Shown: positions 35,158 to 44,800, counted from the first letter of the stretch. The stretch is 64,000 nt of DNA from an uncultured Eubacteriales bacterium (GCA_900548115.1 URJL01000001.1:17818-81817), one strand, 5' to 3'. Notes: generated by a model not told the origin, from the sequence alone. Numbers and translations are program-made.

Positions 35158-38100
35158 TTACGCGTCTTTTGCAAGAGCGTTCAGGCGTTCGATCTGGGCG
35201 TCGGTAAAGGTCGCACTTTCATCTGCGAGAGCCGCCTTTGCCACTGCGGCGATCGAAGTTGCATACCGGTCACCGTAGAAGGTGTACGAAACGCCGTTTG
35301 CGGTATTGTACGTGATATACGGAACGACTGCATAGCGGCGCGTGTAATTCGCTTCCTCGATACCCGTTACGCAAACCGTATAGCGGAACGCATTTTCATC
35401 CGCAGCAAAAATGTTCTTTGCGGGAACGGTATATGCGTTTTCGGTCTCCTTGGTGAGCGCTTCGTTCTCGGCAAGATAGGACTCGGGTAGGATAACAAAT
35501 CCCGTTCCCTCGTTCGTATCGTCGCTTTCGGTCTTCTGCGTAAACGCAGCGCCCGAAGCACCGAGAGCCTTAAACAGATCCATGGTGAATTCGTTTACAA
35601 AGCGGAGTCCCTCTTCGCCCGTAAGACGAACCTGTGCGCCGAGCACGTTAAACTGACTTTCGGTACGGATCGGGAGGAAGTGTGCGGTGAGAACATCTCC
35701 CTTGCGGAGTGCGTCGCCGTTCTTAACAGCCTTCTCACCCTTAAACCAACCGATAAAGAGCGCACCGTCTCTCGAAAGAATCGAAGATTCGGTAAAGGCT
35801 GCGATCGAGTCTTTTCCGACCGTAATGCTGCCTGCCGCTTCGTCGATATACGAGCCGTTTCCGTCCTCCGTTATAACAACCGTGCTTCCGTAGGTTACGG
35901 TATGTGTTCCGGGCGTAAGCGTATAAAGGTCGTTATCGGTAATTGCAATCCTATCTCCGTCTATAAACAAAGCGCCGCTTTGTGAAACGATCTTGAAGGT
36001 TCCGACCGTGTCGGTATCGGTTACCGTACCTCCGACGGCGCTGTTGACGATATAACGCTTGCCGTTGTCGGTTTCCGAAGGAAGTGCCGGGAAGGTAAGA
36101 CCGTTGTTGGCAATAAATTGCGTATCGGCATACGAAACCGCGCGGGGACCCGTGGTGATCGAATTGATTTTGCCGCCGCTGTACAGCACGGTTACGGTTC
36201 CGGTGAATCTTACTCCGCCGGTCACAGATCCATACGAGTCAGGACCGAGAATGAGCGAGTCAAGCGTACCGCCGTTTATCGTAACCTTGGCGCCGTCGCA
36301 GGTGCGGGTAGTGCCCTGTGAGTTATAGAACGGACCGATATAGGCAATATTAACGCTGCCGCTGTCCATACGGAAATTTTGGAACGACGTATTCCCGTTT
36401 TGACGACCCATATGGAGCTTCGGTCTGTGGGTCGTTCCGCTATACGGAAGGTTCTTGACGTTCTTGCCGAAGGTTACGGGGTTCTGGTCATTTACAATGA
36501 AGTTGTTGTTTGCCCGAATCTTAAAATTGATATTCTCGAAAATTGCGGGGCCCTTGGTGCAGAACTGCGCCACCCAACCGAGCGAACCGTTTTCGGTCGA
36601 CGAGAAGGTGATGGTTCCCGTGTGGTTGGCGCCCGTCACGGCATAATCCGAGGCTTGGCTTTCGTTGTAATCGTCGAGGAACATAATCGTAAAGTCTCGA
36701 TCCGCTCCCGCAATGTTGATGGCCTCCTTGATGGTTTTAACGGGGGCGTCCGCCGTAAGACCGAGTCCCGAACGTTCCGCCGACTGCTTTACGTAAAGGA
36801 CGGGAACCTCGCTGTTTTCCAGCCATCGCGCCGTAAAGGTGACGGCGGTCTCGCCGAGAAGATAGGTATCGCCGGGAGCATAAACCGTATCGTCTCCCTC
36901 CGTCCTCCAGCCCGCAAAGGTGTAGCCGCTCTTAGCAAAGGGGTTGACGGGAAGCGTGATCGAATTGTTCGCACTTCCGATCGTTTCGACCGTATTGCCG
37001 CTGCCGTCGGCGTAAATCACATCGATCGAATCGTCTGCCCGGAAGACAATCTCCGTCGTTCCGGCATTGAGCGTATAGAATCCTCCTTCGTCGGGAAGAA
37101 GCTTTACGCCGTTTGCATACGGGGCATCGCCCTCCTTATCGGGAGTGAGCGTATAGCTCGTGCAAATACCGTTCTCTCCGCGGACAAGCTCGGCTTTACC
37201 GCCCGAAACGGTCAGAACGACATCCGCAAGGTTGCCGGAAAGATCAAGACCGGTGTCGGAAGCAAGCTCGTGGTTGTTGCTGATGATGATCTTTTTGCCC
37301 GACGTGATCAGCGGCTGATTCTGCGTTATGCCGATCGATCTTCCCGCAAGGCTGCCGCCCGCCGCTTTGATCTCGGCATTATTAAAGAGGAGAACGTAGT
37401 CGCCGTTTACGCGCATTCTGCGCGTGTCGGAGGTAACAAAATTCTGAGACGAGCCGTAAGAGAAGTCGCCCTTAAATTTACCGCCGCTTACGTTGATAAA
37501 CGCGCTGCCGTTCAAAATAGCCGTCGTTGAGGCAGGGAAAACGGAGACGAAGCTTCCGCCGTAGATGTTCAGATAAATGTCGCCGTTTACGGTCTGGATA
37601 CCGCCGTCTGCCGTGCCCTTTCCGTTACGGGAGATGACGCGGATATGATTGAACGAACCTCCGTAGTAGTTATAAATCGTGTCTCCCGTGACGGTGTGCG
37701 TTCTGCCGTATTCGGCAGCCGCACCGCCTTCACCGAACGAGCCGTTATGGAAATCGATCTTGTTCGCTTTTCCGTTATTGCTCTGACCGTAATAGATGGT
37801 CTTTTCGCTCTTGAAGTTTTTACCGAAGGTGAGAACGTTTCCGTTTGTGCGCGTCCAGCTTTCCCATCCGGCGCCCGCCATGGTAAGGCTGTCAAACTCG
37901 GTGTCTCCGCCGTAGATCTCAAGCTTTTGGTTGGTAAGATATGCCGTCGAGTCAAGACCGATGAGCATGATCTTGCCGCGCGCCTCCGACGTATCGGAGA
38001 AGACCTGCGTGCCGGTGAAATAAATCGTACCGCCGACGGGAAAAAGAGCCGTTATGGCATCGGCAATTGCTTCGTACGCTTCATACGTCTTTCCGCCGAC

Positions 38101-40071
38101 CGTTACCGAACCCGTTTCGGAAACGTAAGCGATCGCGCTTCCGTCGTTCTGAAGGGTTCTTTCACCCGAGGTGTTATACAGAATCGGCATTTCCTGATGG
38201 AAGCTTATGTTGTTCAGGTAGGCAACCTGTCCTGCGGGAACGGTATTTCCCTTGGCATCTGTGCCGTAAGGGTAGAAATACACCTGCTTCAGGATCATGC
38301 CGGGATAGGTCTCGGCAAGCCATGCCGCCGTCTCGGTATAGTCAAAATACTGTGTGACCCACTTGTTTGTGACAACGGGAGCGGAGCGTTGTGTATAAAG
38401 GTAGCCCGCATCCTCGCCGCTGCCCGTTATCCAGTTGAGCGCGTCGTTGCCTACGTTGTTTACCTGACAAATACGGAACGCCGCTTGATTTTCGGCGCTT
38501 CCCGCCGTATCCTCATAATAGTAGGTGACGGCAATATACTTTGTACCGGGGAAGGAAATGTTGTAGGCCATACATTCCCACCAGTTAAGACCGATCGTGG
38601 CGGTCGAAGACGTTTTCGGCGTCAAGGCTCTTGCCGAAAGACCGTGAAAGTCTGCCGCCGCGTCAAAGGTTCCCGCGCCGTCCAAGCTGCATCCCGAGGA
38701 AAGATCCGAAGCCTTTACGACCGTCGGGAGATAAATAACCTTTGTGTCGGGAGCCGTCGCGGGATGTACCGTCGAGGGATCGCCGTCCACATAGATGTAG
38801 CGCAGATCGGCGCGAACACCGTCCGCATTCTGATCGAGGACGTATTCGGCACGCCACTCGCGATCTGCAAGACCGTTGATAATGGCGGCGGGAATCGGCA
38901 GACCTGTGGAATAGTTCTTGATAAGCGAGGTTTTGCCGCTGTAGGTGACGCTTTCATCGTCCACGGCGGTGATCGTCCATTTCAGGCTTCCGCTTGCGGG
39001 ATAGCCGAAGTTGTAAAAGCCCGTGCCGCGCCCCTTGAAGGTGTAGGCAAAGGAGGCGTTACGGTTGTTCGAGGTAATCGTGCCGTTGCTCGAAGCCTTA
39101 ACGCTTTCGCCGCTCCTTGCGTTGAGCGTAAAGCCGTTCAGGTCTTTCTGCGTAAAGCCCGCATCCTTAAAGCTGATATAACGTCCGTTTAAGATCAGCT
39201 TTGAAGCGTCGGAATAGGTCGTTTCGGGAAGCACGATGTCGGTGTACGTGCCCGTGCGGACTACTTCGTTACTGAAAAGCTGTTTTTCGAGATAATCGGT
39301 GATGGTCTTGGCATAGATCACATAGCCCGCATCGTTGGGATGGCAGGAGTCGGTGATATATTTCTTCCAGATTGCGTCGTTCGCTGTGAAAGAGGTCTGT
39401 CCCGATTCCTCTGCCATGACATCGACAAGAGCGCGTCCGACGTTGAGCTGCGGAAGGTTGTAATGCTCCGCCAGTCTGCGGTGCGCCTCAAAGCAAGCGC
39501 CGCCCTCGGTGCCGTTCTTCAGATAAGCGTTGGCAAACGAAACGTCGGTCGTGAAGACGGGAATGATCTGGATCTTCGGGTTTACGGCATAAGCCTGACG
39601 GAGGATCGATTCATAATAAATCGCCGCGTCGGTGCCGTTTATGGAGTCGTAACCGTCGTTGATCGAATACTCGATGAAGAGTACGTCGGGAGCGCCTTCG
39701 TCGCAATGACCGTCCCGGTAAAAACGGTAAGCGCCGAAAAAGCTGCCCGTCGCACCGATTCCCGCGTCAATGTTGGTGACGGTCTTGCCGTAGGCGGAAT
39801 CCTCGCCCACCGTTTCGGTGAACCATTTTCCGACCAAAGCGCGCCAGCTGCCTTCATTGGCTTGACTCGCACCGGCGCCCGCCGTGACCGATCCGCCGAG
39901 ATACACGACGCGAAGATCGGTATCGCTCTCGTTGTTCAAGATATACGCAAGATTGGAAAGATCGCTTGCGGGGAGTGCGAACTCCTCGGCACTTGCGGCA
40001 AACGGCACACAGCCGATCGCAAGAAGAACCGAAAGCACAAGCGCAAGCGCGCGCATACTGTGGTGTTTCAT
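35158..40071 (-). CDS. Giant (1637 aa) secreted protein: signal peptide, SGNH/GDSL hydrolase domain, two beta-helix-like modules, Listeria-Bacteroides (Flg_new) repeat
   Basis: Signal peptide MKHHSMRALALVLSVLLAIGCVPFAASA. SGNH blocks YLGGSVTAG, IEYSINDG and DSCHPNDAGY. Duplicated module boundaries LTFGKNFK and VTFGKNVK with GG-rich turns. Flg_new-like SGYTFAGWRTEGDDTVYAPGDTY. ATG at 40071 after GGAAGGGG. Confidence 0.85.
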   Translation of the reverse strand: MKHHSMRALALVLSVLLAIGCVPFAASAEEFALPASDLSNLAYILNNESDTDLRVVYLGGSVTAGAGASQANEGSWRALVGKWFTETVGEDSAYGKTVTNIDAGIGATGSFFGAYRFYRDGHCDEGAPDVLFIEYSINDGYDSINGTDAAIYYESILRQAYAVNPKIQIIPVFTTDVSFANAYLKNGTEGGACFEAHRRLAEHYNLPQLNVGRALVDVMAEESGQTSFTANDAIWKKYITDSCHPNDAGYVIYAKTITDYLEKQLFSNEVVRTGTYTDIVLPETTYSDASKLILNGRYISFKDAGFTQKDLNGFTLNARSGESVKASSNGTITSNNRNASFAYTFKGRGTGFYNFGYPASGSLKWTITAVDDESVTYSGKTSLIKNYSTGLPIPAAIINGLADREWRAEYVLDQNADGVRADLRYIYVDGDPSTVHPATAPDTKVIYLPTVVKASDLSSGCSLDGAGTFDAAADFHGLSARALTPKTSSTATIGLNWWECMAYNISFPGTKYIAVTYYYEDTAGSAENQAAFRICQVNNVGNDALNWITGSGEDAGYLYTQRSAPVVTNKWVTQYFDYTETAAWLAETYPGMILKQVYFYPYGTDAKGNTVPAGQVAYLNNISFHQEMPILYNTSGERTLQNDGSAIAYVSETGSVTVGGKTYEAYEAIADAITALFPVGGTIYFTGTQVFSDTSEARGKIMLIGLDSTAYLTNQKLEIYGGDTEFDSLTMAGAGWESWTRTNGNVLTFGKNFKSEKTIYYGQSNNGKANKIDFHNGSFGEGGAAAEYGRTHTVTGDTIYNYYGGSFNHIRVISRNGKGTADGGIQTVNGDIYLNIYGGSFVSVFPASTTAILNGSAFINVSGGKFKGDFSYGSSQNFVTSDTRRMRVNGDYVLLFNNAEIKAAGGSLAGRSIGITQNQPLITSGKKIIISNNHELASDTGLDLSGNLADVVLTVSGGKAELVRGENGICTSYTLTPDKEGDAPYANGVKLLPDEGGFYTLNAGTTEIVFRADDSIDVIYADGSGNTVETIGSANNSITLPVNPFAKSGYTFAGWRTEGDDTVYAPGDTYLLGETAVTFTARWLENSEVPVLYVKQSAERSGLGLTADAPVKTIKEAINIAGADRDFTIMFLDDYNESQASDYAVTGANHTGTITFSSTENGSLGWVAQFCTKGPAIFENINFKIRANNNFIVNDQNPVTFGKNVKNLPYSGTTHRPKLHMGRQNGNTSFQNFRMDSGSVNIAYIGPFYNSQGTTRTCDGAKVTINGGTLDSLILGPDSYGSVTGGVRFTGTVTVLYSGGKINSITTGPRAVSYADTQFIANNGLTFPALPSETDNGKRYIVNSAVGGTVTDTDTVGTFKIVSQSGALFIDGDRIAITDNDLYTLTPGTHTVTYGSTVVITEDGNGSYIDEAAGSITVGKDSIAAFTESSILSRDGALFIGWFKGEKAVKNGDALRKGDVLTAHFLPIRTESQFNVLGAQVRLTGEEGLRFVNEFTMDLFKALGASGAAFTQKTESDDTNEGTGFVILPESYLAENEALTKETENAYTVPAKNIFAADENAFRYTVCVTGIEEANYTRRYAVVPYITYNTANGVSYTFYGDRYATSIAAVAKAALADESATFTDAQIERLNALAKDA

Positions 40072-40913
40072 GTCTTTTCCCCTTCCAAAAAATAATGTAT
40101 TTATGATAAAACCCCTCAGGGTCTTCATACGGGCAGCCTATAACGGGCGTTTGTTTAAAACATAGCCGCTTGGGCACGGACCTGTCTTTGTCTTTGTTCT
40201 CTTCCGTTTCACCGACTCGCGCAGCCACATGCATTGCTGAAGCTCGGCAAAGATGAGCTTTTTTCGGAACAGCAAGCAAAATGAACAAAAATACGGATGT
40301 TTTCCACCCTATATGTACCATAATACACAAAACCGAACCGAAAGTCAAGAGAAAAAGCCGCACACATCGCCGCGAAGCAACATTTTTCCGATTCGGCGGG
40401 TTTTCATGACAAATCGCGCACCGACGCGGCAAAAATTCGCTCTCTTTTTCGTGCGGTTTTATGTTTTTCAATCGCATTTATTTTTTATTGTATCGCCAAA
40501 GCGAAAAAATGTCCATACAAAATCCTGCGGCATGTGGGCGATTCGAAAGAAAAATGCATATAATCGTCCGGCATTTTGTTAAAAATGCCGACTTTATATC
40601 AGTGTACCCCTTTTCGTGCAAAAAGTCGTTTCGTTTTGTGACAGACGCTTTTCGAATTGTGACCGTTTGGAAGCTCCCGCGCGCACAAAACGAAGACGTT
40701 CGGAATAGTATACATTTATAAATCCGTCCAATTCAGGCAAAATATCGCAAAAATTAAAAAAATTACAAAACCGTTTGAAATATTTTGAAAAATGCGATAT
40801 ACTTATACACGGAATCTTAAAAAAATTAAGGGCTTGCAAAGGTGTATACCTTTACAAACTCTGTTTCTTTTTCTTCGTTCATGCGGTTTGTTCTTCTTTT
40901 CCGCCTTTTTCCG

Positions 40914-40956
40914 ACAAAAAAATCCCGCACATAAAAAACTGTGCGGGATTTTTTTC
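40914..40956 (-). terminator. Rho-independent terminator of pnp
   Basis: 11-bp stem AATCCCGCACA / TGTGCGGGATT, with a T-run on the minus strand (TTTTTGTCGG) and also on the plus strand. Confidence 0.8.
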
Positions 40957-40968
40957 AATTAAATTAAA

Positions 40969-43053
40969 TCAAAGGCAGTCTTTGCGGGAGAGGTTGATAC
41001 GACCTTTGTCGTCGATCTCCACAACCTTGACCCTGATCTCGTCGCCAACCGAAACAACGTCTTCTACCTTTTCGACGCGCTTCTTGTCGAGCTTCGAAAT
41101 GTGAACCAATCCTTCCTTGCCGGGGGCATACTCAACGAAGCAGCCGAAGGAAAGGATGCGGGTTACCTTGCCGACAAATTCCATGCCGACTTCGGGATCG
41201 TGAACGATCGCGTTGATGATGGCAAGCGCCTTTTCGCCGCCCTCGCGGTCAACGGCGGCAATAAATACCGAACCGTCGTCCTCGATATCGATCTTGGCAC
41301 CGGTATCGGCGCAGATCTTCTGAATGACCTTTCCGCCCGAACCGATTACTTCACGGATCTTGTCGGGATCGATCTTGATCGAGATCATTTTGGGCGCATA
41401 CTTGGAAACGTCGGCGCGCGGCTCGGGAATTGCCTTTAACATGACCTCATCGAGGATGTAAAGACGTCCTTCGCGGGTCTGCTTAAATGCCGCCTTGATG
41501 ATTTCGGGCGTAAGACCGTCGATCTTCAGGTCCATCTGAATGGCGGTGATACCCTTCTTCGTACCGGCAACCTTGAAGTCCATATCGCCGAAGAAGTCCT
41601 CAAGTCCCTGAATATCCAGCATGGTCATCCAGCGTTCACCCTCGGTAACGAGACCGCAGGAGATACCGGCGACCGGTGCGGAGATCGGCACGCCCGCGTC
41701 CATAAGAGCAAGCGTGGAGGCGCAGATCGAGCCCTGCGAGGTCGAACCGTTGGAGGAAACGACTTCGGAAACAAGGCGGAGCGCATACGGGAACTTTTCG
41801 ACATCCGGAATGACCGGGACCAAAGCACGCTCGGCAAGCGCACCGTGACCGATCTCGCGGCGTCCGGGGCTGCGGGTCGGCTTTGCTTCGCCGACCGAAT
41901 AAGCGGGCATGTTATAGTGGTGCATATAGCGCTTGAATTCTTCGCTGTCGATACCGTCGAGCATCTGCTGATCGCTGACGGGTCCGAGCGTTACGGTCGT
42001 CAGAACCTGCGTCTGACCGCGGGTAAAGAGCGCCGAGCCGTGGGTTCTGGGAAGAAGTCCGACCTCGGAGGCAAGAGGACGAATCTGATCGAGACGTCTG
42101 CCGTCAACGCGCTTGCCGTCGTCGAGAAGCCATCTTCTTACGACCTTTTTCTGTAATTTGTAAAGGCATTCGGTCATAGCCGCCTGCGAATCGGGATAAG
42201 TCTCGGCAAAGTGCGTGAACACATCGTCGTAAACGACCTTCAGACGCTCGTCGCGAACCGTCTTGTCGTCGGTGTCGAGCGCGGCGCGAACCTTTTCGAT
42301 CGCATACTCTTCGATGGCGTCGAACATGTCGTGGTCGACCTCGCACGAGGGGTACGAGAACTTCGGCTTGCCGATCTCGGCAACGATGGTGTTGATGAAA
42401 GCAACGACCTTCTTGATCTCTTCATGCGCCTTCATGATGGCGTCGAACATGGTATCCTCGGGCACTTCCTTGGCGCCCGCTTCGATCATGACGACCTTCT
42501 TTTCACTGCCGGCAACGGTAAGCTCAAGATCGCTCTTGGCGCGCTGTGCGGCGGTGGGGTTTACGACAAGCTCGCCGTCCACAAGACCCATGAATACGCC
42601 GGCGATCGGTCCGTTCCACGGAATATCCGAAATGGAAAGGGCGATCGACGCGCCGATCATAGCGGTGATCTCGGGCGAATTGTCGGGGTCAACCGACAGA
42701 ACGAGCAGATTCAGGCAAACATCGTTGCGCAGATCCTTCGGGAAAAGGGGACGGATCGGGCGGTCGATGACGCGCGAGGTGAGGATCGCCTTTTCGCTGG
42801 GCTTTCCTTCACGCTTCAGAAAACTTCCGGGGATCTTGCCGACCGAGTAAAGACGCTCTTCAAAATCGACCGAGAGGGGCAGAAAATCGATGCCGTCGCG
42901 GGGAGCGGCGGAAGCGGTTGCCGTTGCGAGAACAACGGTGTCGCCGTAGCGGACAAGTGCCGAACCGTTCGCAAGCTGTGCGATCTTACCGGTTTCGACG
43001 ATGAGGGGACGGCCCTCGAAATCAAAGGAAAATTTCTTGTAATTTTCGAACAT
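40969..43053 (-). CDS. pnp: Polyribonucleotide nucleotidyltransferase (PNPase)
   Basis: Two RNase PH domains, a KH domain (IREVIGSGGKVIQKI) and an S1 domain (VGKVTRILSFGCFVEY). ATG at 43053 lies 8 nt after GGAGG. The tracked start at 43119 is probably too far upstream. Confidence 0.95.
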   Translation of the reverse strand: MFENYKKFSFDFEGRPLIVETGKIAQLANGSALVRYGDTVVLATATASAAPRDGIDFLPLSVDFEERLYSVGKIPGSFLKREGKPSEKAILTSRVIDRPIRPLFPKDLRNDVCLNLLVLSVDPDNSPEITAMIGASIALSISDIPWNGPIAGVFMGLVDGELVVNPTAAQRAKSDLELTVAGSEKKVVMIEAGAKEVPEDTMFDAIMKAHEEIKKVVAFINTIVAEIGKPKFSYPSCEVDHDMFDAIEEYAIEKVRAALDTDDKTVRDERLKVVYDDVFTHFAETYPDSQAAMTECLYKLQKKVVRRWLLDDGKRVDGRRLDQIRPLASEVGLLPRTHGSALFTRGQTQVLTTVTLGPVSDQQMLDGIDSEEFKRYMHHYNMPAYSVGEAKPTRSPGRREIGHGALAERALVPVIPDVEKFPYALRLVSEVVSSNGSTSQGSICASTLALMDAGVPISAPVAGISCGLVTEGERWMTMLDIQGLEDFFGDMDFKVAGTKKGITAIQMDLKIDGLTPEIIKAAFKQTREGRLYILDEVMLKAIPEPRADVSKYAPKMISIKIDPDKIREVIGSGGKVIQKICADTGAKIDIEDDGSVFIAAVDREGGEKALAIINAIVHDPEVGMEFVGKVTRILSFGCFVEYAPGKEGLVHISKLDKKRVEKVEDVVSVGDEIRVKVVEIDDKGRINLSRKDCL

Positions 43054-43251
43054 GCTTTTAACCTCCGTTTCGTCGTGTTCGCGGAGGCTCGAAAAAAGAT
43101 TTTTGATACTTTCGAACATGGTGTTTCCTCCGTAAAGTGTATTTTTTTATTCGACGGCGGAAACACAGCTTAGCACTTACAAAAAGGGAAACAAAAAAAA
43201 TCTTTCCGCTTTTGTAAATGCTAAAGAGACCATGAATCCGCCGTAAAAAAC

Positions 43252-43283
43252 GGTTTAAAGCGGAAGGGCGAAAACCCTTCCGC
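43252..43283 (-). terminator. rpsO terminator / pnp leader hairpin
   Basis: 9-bp stem GCGGAAGGG / CCCTTCCGC with a 6-nt loop and a U-rich tail on the minus strand. The rpsO-pnp intergenic hairpin is a conserved processing/attenuation site. Confidence 0.65.
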
Positions 43284-43297
43284 TTTGAAAAATGCGA

Positions 43298-43564
43298 TTA
43301 CTTTCTCAGACCGAGCTTTTCGATGATGGCACGGTAACGGGTGATGTCCTTCTTCTGGAGATAGTTGAGAAGGTTTCTTCTGTGACCGATCATCTTCAGA
43401 AGACCGCGTCTCGAGTGATGGTCGTTGTTGTTTGCGCGCAGATGCTCGGTGAGCGTGTTGATACGGGAGGTCAGAATGGCGATCTGAACCTCGGGCGAAC
43501 CGGTGTCGCCTTCGTGCGTATGGTACTGTTCGATGATCTGCTGCTTAACTTCTTTCTGCATCAT
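43298..43564 (-). CDS. rpsO: 30S ribosomal protein S15
   Basis: 88 aa. [24 protein letters not shown]...[15 protein letters not shown] is canonical S15. Confidence 0.95.
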   Translation of the reverse strand: MMQKEVKQQIIEQYHTHEGDTGSPEVQIAILTSRINTLTEHLRANNNDHHSRRGLLKMIGHRRNLLNYLQKKDITRYRAIIEKLGLRK

Positions 43565-43721
43565 GGTTTTGTTCCACCTTTACATAAAAATAATTTTTTC
43601 GTCGCGCCGAATCCGACAACCGATGCACCGGGCAGGTGAAAGACCTCTTGAACCGAAAAGCGTGCTTTGCGGTAAGGCATATTTCCGCGGCACAGCGATA
43701 GGGACAGACGTCGACAAGGGA

Positions 43722-43750
43722 GAGTATACCACAAAAATAAGCGCTTGTAA
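43722..43750 (-). promoter_or_regulatory. Sigma-70-type promoter of rpsO (-35 TTTACA, 17 nt spacer, extended -10 TGGTATACT)
   Basis: The reverse complement reads TTTACAAGCGCTTATTTTTGTGGTATACT. It leaves a roughly 150-nt leader. Confidence 0.6.
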
Positions 43751-43805
43751 AGTGTTTTTCGAAAAAACTTGTAAAAATTTAATGTCATCGAACTATCCTT
43801 GGCTT

Positions 43806-44048
43806 TTACTTTATTTCCTGCTCCAAGTTTCGAAACAGATCGGTATCGAAAAATTCGGTGATGGTAATATTCAAGCCGTCGCATATCTTTTTCAGCACCA
43901 AAATACCGATATCCTTACGTTTTTCGTCCAAAACGCTGTAGACGGTCGAGGGCGTAAGCCCCGATTCGTTCGCGAGGGTGTTGAATTTGATCTTGTTTTG
44001 CTCGCACAGTTCGCGAATGCGCAGAACGACCGCTTCTTTTATGCCCAT
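43806..44048 (-). CDS. XRE-family helix-turn-helix transcriptional regulator (80 aa)
   Basis: IRELCEQNKIKFNTLANESGLTPSTVYSVL is an HTH_3-type motif. ATG at 44048 after AAGGAG. Confidence 0.8.
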   Translation of the reverse strand: MGIKEAVVLRIRELCEQNKIKFNTLANESGLTPSTVYSVLDEKRKDIGILVLKKICDGLNITITEFFDTDLFRNLEQEIK

Positions 44049-44176
44049 AAGATCACTCCTTACGGATAGAATTTTACGGGAAGTTCCGTTTATGCGTGTA
44101 CGCACTTGCGTAATTTCAAATAATTTGGTATACTGTTTTCGTGTAAATTCCGAAAAAGCCGTTTGAGGAGTAAAGC

Positions 44177-44713
44177 ATGAAAATTCATTCTCTTTCCCAA
44201 TCCGTTTGTTTCACCGGGCACCGCTCGAAAAAACTTGTCCAAAGTGAAGAGGAAGTAAAGCATCTGCTGACAACTGCAATCGACGATGCGACAGCAGTTG
44301 GTTATACCGACTTTTTTACAGGTATGGCAGAAGGAGCAGACATTTGGGCAGCAGAAATCGTGTTGCACCGCAAAGAGCAAAATAACCTTCTGCACCTCTT
44401 TTGCGCGCTTCCTTATCCTGACTTTGAAAAAGGACGAAGTGATGTCGAACAGCTACGCTATCCGAAAATAATTGCCCATGCCGACGAAGTTTATACGCTG
44501 TCCTTTCAATATACACGCAATTGCTACGATGTGCGCAACCGATTTATGGCGGACAATGCAAGTCTCGTTATTGCCGCGTGGAACGGTACGGCTTCGGGAA
44601 CAAAAAACACAATTGCTTATGCATTGAAAAAGGGACGACGGGTGATCCATGTTTTGTCGGGGAATTTCAAAAAGGAGCCGCCCTCCCTTTCGAAAACCCC
44701 TTTCCGTGATTGA
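44177..44713 (+). CDS. SLOG-superfamily DUF1273 (YpsA-like) protein
   Basis: N-terminal CFTGHRSKKL and the block FFTGMAEGADIWAAEIVL match the DUF1273/YpsA pattern (Rossmann-like SLOG fold). GAGGAG RBS. Confidence 0.7.
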   Translation: MKIHSLSQSVCFTGHRSKKLVQSEEEVKHLLTTAIDDATAVGYTDFFTGMAEGADIWAAEIVLHRKEQNNLLHLFCALPYPDFEKGRSDVEQLRYPKIIAHADEVYTLSFQYTRNCYDVRNRFMADNASLVIAAWNGTASGTKNTIAYALKKGRRVIHVLSGNFKKEPPSLSKTPFRD

Positions 44714-44800
44714 CAAGCGCACGCTTTTGTGCTACAATAAAACTCGTATATATTTGTGTGCTGTTTACATTATTATAGTTGCGGAAAGGACGGAGAGAAA

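Noticed and set aside
40072-40300. Possible riboswitch in the long 5' region of the giant surface-protein gene.
   Set aside because: Reading the minus strand, I could not recognise any known riboswitch core (c-di-GMP, SAM, TPP, purine, cobalamin, T-box). Only weak 4-5 bp hairpins are present. A covariance-model scan would be needed.
40253-40839. Small ORFs (109, 86 and 81 aa) inside the AT-rich region between pnp and the giant gene.
   Set aside because: No RBS, implausible composition (F/K/R/N-rich, Cys-scattered), and mutually overlapping. They are most likely chance ORFs in AT-rich DNA.
35158-40968. A diversity-generating retroelement or invertible-promoter (phase-variation) switch controlling the giant protein.
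   Set aside because: No reverse transcriptase, no template/variable repeat pair and no site-specific recombinase in the window. The inverted repeats seen upstream are 11 bp or shorter, shorter than typical invertible-element boundaries.
44049-44176. Classifying the XRE/SLOG pair as a toxin-antitoxin system.
   Set aside because: The genes are divergent rather than co-transcribed, and DUF1273 is not an established toxin family. I kept it as a finding with a more cautious interpretation instead of calling it a TA module.
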